The notes under the pieces were generated by a model. That model did no database searches, was not told the DNA's origin, and worked only from the letters and a program-made list of their open reading frames with translations. DNA of 64,000 nt. Origin: Antedon mediterranea (Eukaryota; Animalia; Echinodermata). The stretch lies in assembly GCF_964355755.1 (NCBI RefSeq), contig NC_092671.1, forward strand, positions 8,184,001 to 8,248,000, read 5' to 3'. The position numbers and the translations under genes were made by a program. Positions 25,398 to 36,032 of this stretch are shown piece by piece (the stretch's first letter is position 1; every line of letters starts with the position of its first letter).

Positions 25398-28300
25398 GAC
25401 CCTTTCATGTACAGCTAAATAAGTAAGTAAGTTTGTAATTCAGTAATTGGCCTTTAACACCTACTTATCCGTGTAAATACACATGTCTAAACGTAAATTT
25501 AAGAACAGACGATGTTAAAATATTGTGATATTGTTAAAAAATTACAAACTAGATAAATTGAATAATATATAGGCCTTCATTATTAAAAGAAAACGAGCAA
25601 GAGTGAATGCCATTTTCAAAAATATTATACTTTTTTTCTTCTTTTATCTAAATTGCATAAAACACCTGTTTCTATATACACAACTTATTAACATTGGAGA
25701 GCCATTGTAAGTGACATATTTTAGATATTAATGTTTATATTATAATACGTTATTTTACTTGTTGTTGTAATCCTCTCATAATATCATATAGAGGTAGGCC
25801 TACTATACTATATCTTCAACGAAGTGATACCAACAGTAAGGGGACCAGTCAAAATGGCCGCCGTATTCAAATATTATTTAGTTATAAACATCCAATCTAA
25901 AAGCTCATAAACATAAACACATAACCAGTATTGTCTTATTGTTTATTGTCGATAAAGCTTGTATCATGTTCACGCACAAATCATTAAAGAAAGGATTCAT
26001 TTTGCAGTAAAAACCATCCTTTGGAAATATTAAGAAATGAGAGGACACTTGAATGAATGACAGGCACTATATAATGTTTTACCACTATCAACCGCTTTCA
26101 GAGGACACCCATACTAATATTGTAAAATTCTCTCCATTTTTTTGTTCCGTTTAAATAAAAAATGATATCTCCATTAAGGGGACATGGGTTTCGAAAGTGT
26201 CCACTTTAACATTCTTTCAAATTTTTTGTTCCATTTTTATAAAAAAATGTATGTCTTTCTGAACATATCACAACAAACTTACGGTTTGTGTGAAAATCTA
26301 TAAATAGAACAATAAGAGTAGGATAATGTGCATGCGCGTTTCCATTATTTTGCACACGTTGGAAAAGTCATTCCAAAATCTGGTTCTTTTAATAACAAAT
26401 CTAGCACGTCTTGAAAATGTAACGGAAATATACAAAAAGAACGAAAATCGTTTATTATATAACCAAGGCAGAGAGACGGTAAATCAACAATAGCAAGAAA
26501 TAGGTCAATGGAAATACAGATTGAAAGACGATTCAGTACGAAGACGCGCATTGATCTCACCGCGTGTATGCCGTGCCGTTTAGACCCATTTCTTGTATCA
26601 TTGATTTCGCTTTTTCTTCAGCTGTAGTTTCGAATTTTTTTATAAAGCCGGTAATTGCGCTTCCTACGCAGAAAAATCGCTTTTTAATCGAACATTCTAT
26701 TGACTGGCATAGCGATTGAGAACCACCTGTCTGAGCAGACAGTGAGGCCGAGCCTCTTGAGTCGAGAAACAAGGCGTCGTCGATTTCGAAATAGTCCTAC
26801 AACAAAAATGTTCCTAAAGTGTAAACTTTGTACTCAGTGACCCAAGTTATGACAGGACCACAAGAAACATTTGGTTTTGGGAGGCAAAGAAGAACACGCA
26901 TCGGCGCCAAGTCTTTCATAAATTCTTAACAAATATGTATTCAACGCAAACAGGAAAAAGAATAGGATAATATTGGCATTTAACTAACGCCTATAGCATT
27001 TGGAAATTACTGTAACAAAATCGATAGACCACACTCCCTTACTAATCTAAGACACTGACTCACTAGTGGGCATATACTATAAGTAAAACAGCATTGTTAC
27101 TTTGCGTAACTTGATTTTTCAAAGATGCAAAGCTAATTCAATAAGCGGAGTAAATACTGAAAAGAAAACATAGATTTTAGGAAAATGGTTTTTTTTTTCG
27201 TTCGTTATTTTGCCTGTTTAAACAACATATTTAATTTCGTTAATGAAAACGGCATCTTTCTACACCCGTGATTTACGGAAAACGTTCCTACAATAGCGTG
27301 AAAACAATATTCAATAACACCTAACTTCCCCAAATTCATTTTTGCTCACTTTGTGCAATCGCACACACGACTTGGTCGAACATGTATCCACACCCTATCG
27401 TCATAGTAATCGCCTATTATTATATCCAACGAAACAAAACAAAAGCAAGAAACAAAAACCAAACAATTTAAATTAAAGTACACATGAGGGAATGCCTAGT
27501 TGAAAAGGGTAAAGAAATTACCAAAACATGAAATGCAAAAATCGTTTGTTTTTGTACTGATGTTATCTGTGACGGTTTTAATATTAGCCCATTTTCTATT
27601 TATTATTGTAATCTTTTTTTAGATTCATTAGATTACAAATTTCGTTAGTTCAGTTAAAGCAGTAGTAGAGTCCCAATCTGTTTGTCATTCAACCAGATCA
27701 AAATTCGTATTAATTATTATTATAAACACTTTTCAGTTGCCTTGTCAAAAAGGGTGTAGCAATAAAAAAATTAATCAAAACCGCCATTTTGGTAGGGATG
27801 TTATCCACGAAGTTCGGAGTCACTATGTGTTAAGCAACGAAATCGTTTTTAAATTAACAAAGATTTTTGTTTAGCCTATAAGAGCCGGAGAACGACACAA
27901 AAAATGAAAACAAAAATCAAGATTTGATGACGTAAATCAATAGAGCAGATGAAAGAGAAGAATGAGATGTAGAATTGTTAGATCAGATTTTATTTGGCAT
28001 TCTATTGAGTAGATACAATGCTGTTTATATATCGATTTGTTGTCATTTATGGCATACGTTTCAACCCAAGGAATGAAACACCTTTGTTATATTCGGCGTT
28101 ATTTGTATAATATGTAAATACATTCGTTTATGGCTGATATAAACTGTCTAAATCTTGGCCTTTACTATAATACACAATTTGTTTTACATAATTATATATT
28201 GCAACCATCCTCCACCAATTTAAGTTTGATAAACTCCACCACACAGTTAGTGAAAAATAGTAAACGCAGCACTGTGTGTTTCAGAATTGTCAAAACAATC

Positions 28301-31300
28301 AACAAAAAAACTCTTGAATTACCATTTTACCCTTGACTGACATTTCAAAGCCTGGTCCTTGATTGAAGGAAGGCCTAACATATTAAGTTGTAAATGCTGA
28401 TAGAAACTTACGTTGTATTATACATTAGTCCCGACATTAGTTAATATGAAAGTATTGACGAGCTAGTAGGATACCTACTCGGAGGAGTTCCTCCACGTTG
28501 CACGTAGGATAGATCCGGAAATGACAGCCAGTGCTGTGCCGACAGAGTGCCGTGTACGTAGGCTACGTACACGGCAGAGCATTTTCACGGATAACAAGAA
28601 GGGCAGATATATTAAAATGTAGTTTCCTTACCTTCTTAATACGTTCGTAGTAGGGCCTTATAATCCATATATTTCAAAAACGATTCTTTTAACGCGATTA
28701 CAATTGATTTAAGTTGTCCAATTTCAAAATATTTAAATCCATTATAGGCTACTGAATTAGGGAATGGTTCCTTAACGCGATTACAATGCTGTACTACAGT
28801 AGTTAGCAGTCCTAATTTGCATACATTCCGTTGTTGTGCAGGTGCTTCTAACTAAACAGGGCCCTGGTTCGGCTGCACGACATACCATATTTCTGAACTT
28901 TCATTGGCAGCAGAAAGTGGAGATACATTTTAAATACAGGAAGCCGCTTACGCTTAAAAGTTAACAAACTGAACAGTATTTACAATATTTACAGTATTGA
29001 TCTTGGCAATAATACCATCACGTGGATTTGGAATTATTTTGCTTAACATAAATATTATAATTCACCTACAACTATGTAAGCGGTATAACCATGTTATAAT
29101 AATTCTTAAATAACTATTAACAAATTATTTAACTGAAAAGAAAGACAAGCATACAGTAGTAAATCAAAAGTAGCCCATTGTCTTTCCGATGAAATCTTTA
29201 TTTTTGATCCGTTTTTTTTTCTACAGACAGAAGTATAATTAATTTAAACTTAAATGGCCTATTCGATCGAAGTTTGATTTGATTAATACTTGTTTTTCAC
29301 GTTTTGAAGGACAATTATATATCATGTATGCAGAGAGAAGGACTGGCTGTCACAATGGCAGATAGGAAATTATGGAGCAATCTAGACATAAAAGGTCGGG
29401 TATGTTCCGGAATTAAGTAAGTTATAAATGCATAAATATTGAAATAAACAATTTTCAACTATTTGATGCATATAATTCGTTGCAATCTATTGTGTCTTAA
29501 ATTTTGCACTCTCGGGTCTTTGGTTAGTCTTCGGGTTATTATGTTAGCCGTAACATTGCACGAAAAAAAGATTTTTTTAACAATTAATCACGAGTTTGGT
29601 GCGTTTCACGGCGCGTAAGCTTACTACAATATCGCTCGACTTCGTCAAGTGAAATGAGCGATGCACTTTGTAAGTATTCCAGATCGTAGTCATTTAACGT
29701 TTTATGTCATCTCTGCCTGATTGATTACCTAACTGTCCTCGATATTCTTTCATTAGAGTTTTAAATACTCGTGATTAATATTGCTATAGTTAGTTTCTGT
29801 CCATAATGACGACTTGCTTTTCCCCTTTTCCTGTAGACTGTACTCTCTTTGTTCTGGCTGTACGCTTTTGTTGAAGTCCACTCATGGTACAGTTCACCTC
29901 TCGCCTGGCTGTCTGCTGACTTGGTATGGAGGGTCGACATCGCAGGAAATGACGGCTGAATTTCTACAACTGGTTAACAATTGCTGTCGTACAAGGCCTA
30001 CTTATTTTCCCGGTTCAGTGTCGATAGTGTGTCTTGTCGTGTTACTTCTTTATACAATAACGTAGAGAATGTATGTCAGTATTAACAAGAAACAAACTAG
30101 CCATAGTAGGCCTACCTTTGAAAATGTTCAGTAGAAATAATAAAGAACTTAATTATTTGACATAATACACACCATTTTACAAACCTACTGTATTGATTAA
30201 ATGTATGGGCTGCCTAAAAATAATAGCGATATGACTGAGGAGTCATTAGCTACAAATACAGAAACAAACGCTAGAAAACGTAGGCCTATTCTTTTTAAGA
30301 ACAATCACTCTTTGCATAAAAATGTATCCGACTCCCAAACTTTTAAATTAATTCAAAACCAGAATAAAAAATATTGGTCGGACCGTCTGATAAAATACTG
30401 TAGAGATGAATTAGCAAGAGGGCCCAAAAGCATTTCTGATTGAAATCTGCCTACCCGCAATTAAACTAAGTTTCAGAAATAATTATCTCGATTCTACCAC
30501 ACAGCGTACTCATCTTATAGAAGACTCAGCGGGTTGAAATCTTAAATACATTTTTATTTTCTATTTCTTCTTTGAAATATTATTTTTTCACAAACCATGT
30601 CTTTTTAAAACGGATGCTGTTGCAACTCATTCACATAAAGTTCGTTGAGTTTGTTTTGGTTTATTTTGAAGACTTTCCTTGCAATACACTATTCAAAATG
30701 ACAAATCACTCTTGTACAATGCGCTGACAACTTAATTACCAAATGCACCATAATCTATCTTTTAATAGATGTTTAGCTAAATATAAAAATTATTAAATAC
30801 GTCCTTGGTACGCCTATATATATATATAATACACTGTACTCTATTTTTATGTTTTACATTTTCTTTTTGCGCAATTAGGCTAATTGCAATGTTTAAAAAG
30901 CGCGCAGTTAGTAGATTTCAATTCATAAATCCAGATCAACAACGGGTTTTTTTCATTAGTATCTTTTTCACGTCGATCAATCAATCTAGCAAGTGATTAG
31001 ACAAGTAAAGTGTGAATCCCTGTCATTGTTGTAACCTCTTGACATTAAACTGAGGTGTAGATCTGCCGGCCGGTTTACGACGTTTCTTTTCCGCTATTTA
31101 TACGCGTCTTTTCCTTTCCTTGCAGCACACCAGAGCCAATTTCTATTATGTGGTAGTGGGCAACATGGTCAGACCCCTATACTTGTTCATTCTTATATAT
31201 ATATATATATATTATATTATAAATCCAAAGGCAAAATGCTGAAAAAATGACAATGTGGGTATCAGTGGCTGGATCTCAATGAAGATACAAAAAAAAGAAG

Positions 31301-33124
31301 CGAAAAGCTAAATCAAAACGATAAAGTAAAACAGCCAGAAAAGTTAGCAGCGCTTTCGGGCAACACTAGCCCTTATAATAGTCCATGCTTGTTTATTAAT
31401 TTTCTTTCTAAGTGAAGTGAATGTTTTTGTTTTCATATGTTAAAATTATTGAAATTCGTTAAAATACAGTATTTTAAAAATATTTGTGAAAACACTATAG
31501 TCTCTGCTTGGTTTTAAAAGAAACGGTCGTAAAAGGAACAGTCGTAAACCCTTGTTCCAAGAACAGTCGAATCATTACGACAATTCACATATTTAAACTT
31601 TTATTAGTAACATTCCACCTATTACAATATACAAATATTAATCATAAAATGCGGTTTTTGTAGTTACAAATAATGTGCACCAAATTAGTGAATGCGAGAT
31701 GTTATAAGCACTTTACTCGTTTTTGCCATACAAAATTCGAACCAATGCATGTGCTTATACTCATATATTTTGCAATCGATCTGCTCTGTTTCTGGCTAAA
31801 TCCCAACTTCGGACCAGGTACAACCCTACGGTGTACACTACCTAACGAGCCAACAATAACCATGACTATTACTTTGCATTTGAATGCCGTGTCCACCGCA
31901 TAATTGCATGTACTTTCTAAATTTTGTCTCGTAACAGGTCTCCACAAATGCATCAAATGGAGTTGAAATTTCAACAATAAAGGCTTTTTTTACATGTGTA
32001 TACACATACATACATGCATACATCTGTACATTATAGCAAGTCTTATTGAGAGAATAATCGTTGTTTGGTTTAGTTATTCTAAACCAATTTAGCAAATTAG
32101 GCTCCTTCGGGATGTTCTTTTGTTTTCATTTTTAATGTTTTACCTCATTTCATACACACGGGTGATGGATGATCCTTCACGATCAATTACCTATCTGCGT
32201 TTGTCAATACTTAGCCTATCCTATAATTATTATGACAATTGTGCGAAACACTGTATAATGGTTAGTTACTAATGTGGACGACTTCACACGCCGCTGCTGA
32301 CATTACAATAAAATAAACTGGAGGTATATGTCATCAAAACGGCCATGCATCATTATAAAATACGATAGTGTTAATAATCTCCATCTTGTATTTAGTTTTA
32401 CTTACAATTCATATACTTAATTGAATTATATTCATAGGTGACATCTTTATATTCAATACTTAAAGACGACTTGTGGCCTATTCGATCAAACACGTCGTAG
32501 CTGTAATGTGTTTATTCTGCACAAAAGAATATAACTTTTACAATTTTGATTTAAATTAATTACACATACATTAAATAATGATCATACATCATTTATAGAG
32601 ATATTCCATCAAACAGAATAATTTAAGTTGTTTAATTAATTAATTAAATTTAATTATAAGACCGACATAATAGGCCTATACATTACAATGTGAAATATAC
32701 AGATATAACATGTTGCCATCTAATTTAATAATACAGCGGAATAGGATAGACCAAAACCATGAATCAGAAACAAATCAGCAAGTAACACTAAATCAATTAA
32801 TAATGGAAAATATACTTCCCACCTCTCATCGGCCACTTAACTGGTACTAACTTTGATGCCTAACATTTACAAACACAGCCGTACTCTATTTTAAACAAAC
32901 AACTGTAGAAATATACGAGCGTTATATTTATTAGATGTCGTATATCTATTTTTACACGGCTTTATAGGATAATCACGTCGAAATCAAGGAAAATAGACAT
33001 GTCACAGTTTTTAGATAAAATATTTTTGCTCACAAGATCAAATTAGACATGTTTGTGCGTACGCGGAAAAGTATTGTCAACGTCAAATCATGAATACCAA
33101 CAAAGTAACGATACCGAACGTATC

Positions 33125-33365
33125 ACATTTGCCGAAGATGCGCTGGATGTAACTCAAGTTTTCCGAAGCTTGATGCGGTATCGGTTCCTATTGATGATGC
33201 TCGGTACCGAAGTGTAACTCGAAAATATTCCGGAGCTTGATGCGGTACCGGTTGCACCATAAAAGTATGTCGAAACTTGATTATGCGCGGTACCAAATGC
33301 AACTCAAAAGTATTCCGAAGCTTGATGCGGTACCGATTGCAACACAGAGATATGCCGAAGTTTCC
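33125..33365. repeat. Degenerate minisatellite, unit about 40 bp
   Basis: Recurrent tattccgaagcttgatgcggtaccg and gtaactc/gcaactc blocks, about 6 copies. Confidence 0.8.
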
Positions 33366-34957
33366 CAAATCTATTAATGGCTTTGGAATTCTAAGACTGG
33401 TTCTTGTATGTTTCACTATGAAAAATATAAATCTAGAACAAAAAAATATATCACAGCATTGTATTGATTGTTACATATTTAATTGCATTAAATAAAGTTA
33501 CCTCAATCAATATAAACTCTACACACTATATATATTGCACGTTACAAATTGAACAATTTATTAAATGAACATTTAATTTTTTTATTATAAAATAAATTGA
33601 CAATCAGTAACAGTATTGTTTAATTTCCTATTCTTCACCGAAACCGCACGGTAGCATGGAGTTGAAACGCACGCACACAAACCTCCGGTAAATTTTAATG
33701 TCAACAATATGCGTGTGTTTCTTATTTTATTCTTATTTGTCCATAAACTGTATGTTTAACTACATATTTTAAATAACCTAACTACTATAAAAGTGTGTAC
33801 AAGTACAGTTGTATTTATTATAGTAACAAGTAATAATGCAGTGTTTATGACTAAAGAAATACTCCTTACTCCAACGCCCACAAGTGTCATTGCTCTTACG
33901 TCAGTGGTAATTATAAAACGCCGAAATAAACAATAACACAGCATTTAGGATGAGACTAATTAGTGTTCGTATAGAGTAACTGTATAGTATAATGCACATC
34001 TTACAAATGTAGCTGTATACAGTTAAGGGGTCTGATACACTATTCGGTGACTCAACAACGAATTTGTAATATGGCCAATTACACATCACGACAAAACACA
34101 AACAATCGTATAAAATCTCCCAAACAAATCGTACAAACTGAGCCAGATATTAGCCGAGCAATCGATCATATTCGCAGCCTGATGTAAACAAGCGATCACA
34201 TTAAGAAAGGCTCGTTACACTAGATTTTCCGCTACGCTGTCTTACGCAACTCGTTCATCGCCGCATTGTTTGTGTTAAAGTCGAGAATTGATTATTTTGC
34301 GTGGAGTTACTGGGCACTGCCACGCACGACCGCGAAACGTTGCCGCGTAACAAAGACCTATAAGCACGTATATGAAAATAAACAGGAGTAATTAATGGAG
34401 AAGCGACTTGAACGAAGTAGAAACTTTTTCATTAGTGATAATATGGTAAAATGAATTGTCCGCATCACGATTTAAAGACGATGTCAACTTATAATTAAAG
34501 CGCCACATATACATCGTTTTTCTACGACGAAAAAATCGGTAAAATGTTTAAAACATCAAACTAAATATACTTTCTTAAAAACATCTTGACACAAAAAAGT
34601 AATTGAATAAATATACACTTTCAGTAGTTGTTCGACAGATGGGGCATTTTTATGATTTCCTGTAGTAGAACACCTTTGGGGACGCGTAGAAACAAAATGG
34701 AAAATAATCTTGACAGACGGTTTTACCAAATGTTTCCAACGACGGAACGGTTGAGCTTTCAAACTACCATGAGATGGAGTATCTCGACATAAGTCAAATA
34801 TTCCTATTTCCCCAACGGTAAGGCTGATATATAAAACCTCCATGAGTATTTCGACAGAAGTTGAATAATACCTATTCAAATAGTGCAAACACATTTTATG
34901 AAAATTAATAAGACTATTGAATCGATATATTATTTATCTAAAAGGTATGCGGTGACA

Positions 34958-36032
34958 TCAAAAGTTAGGTGGTGGGGGAGGAAAACCAAATGCATCACTT
35001 TCAACATTAGGTAAGCCACTTAACAATGGAGGAGGTGGCGGGGCTAACGGTATTCTATTACTTAATGGCTGAGTAATATTTATTTGATTTGTCTTTTCTT
35101 GCTTTGGTAAATGTGAGCCTTCAGTATCTGGATCAATTTCTGCCAATCTCTGGCGACTACCTGAGCTCCTTCTGAGGTTCTGCAAACTCGCATTGTTGAC
35201 AACTGTTGGTGTATTATAAGGACTTGCATCCAAATGATAACTGTTCTCATGTTTTTCATCTGAATATTCAAAATTACCATCTTCTAACATAGCTTTTGTC
35301 CTGTTTGTATAGCTTTCATACAATAATGGTTCTTTCTCAAAATGATGTTGCTGTTCAGGGTTTATGTATGTATCTTGAGGAGCATTGTGACCACTGTACT
35401 GTGACCATGTTTGCTCCAACGGGTTACCTGGTAGTCTAGAAAAACTTCTGTTTTGCTTATTGCCCAATTCTTGATGCTGTTGGGATGAATGTTGAATTTG
35501 AGATGTTTTTGAACTTCCTGGAAAATGGACATTGTGACTTCCTTGGAGACTTACATTGCAACTTCCTTGGTGACTTACATTGCGACTTCCTTGGTGACTC
35601 ACATTGTGACTTCCTTGGTGACTTACATTGTGACTTCCTTGGTGACTTCCTACTTGAGTTACATTGTTACCTTCTTTATGATTTCCTTTGTGACTTCCGT
35701 GTTCACTTCCTTGGCTACTTTCATAACTCTCAGAATCCGTGGGTAAAGACTCATTACTTGGAGTCTTTGATAGTCTGTCATCTGTATCTTCACTTGATGA
35801 TGGCCGTTTTGACTTTCGTTTCACCAATGCGCGTGATTTAACATTTCTGCGTGTGTTTTTCTTTAACTTCTTATCAGCATACTCTGATTTGGCTATCTCA
35901 GCTCTGAAGGCAAGATCTTCAGCCCTATTTTTTATTTTGTCTCTTGCAATCTCCACGGTGTCTTCAACAGCTTCAGATAGACGGCGAAATGCAATGTCTT
36001 GTGGTGACCCCTTGCAATGCTTCACAACAACT
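34958..36032 (-). CDS. ZPBP-like gene, last exon: cytoplasmic tail (helical/basic segment, Ser/His/Gln repeats, polyproline)
   Basis: 1075-nt open exon after the ttcag acceptor (phase 2); ends GFPPPPPNF*. Confidence 0.85.

Noticed and set aside
33125-33365. Repeat-spacer-like array resembling CRISPR
   Set aside because: Eukaryotic context, degenerate repeats, intervening parts similar to each other, no cas genes: a minisatellite.
972-34894. Remaining short ORF-track entries in the Hox1 flanks and intron
   Set aside because: Low-complexity or AT-biased translations with no domains or coherent splice structure; no Hox2, Evx or other homeobox seen.
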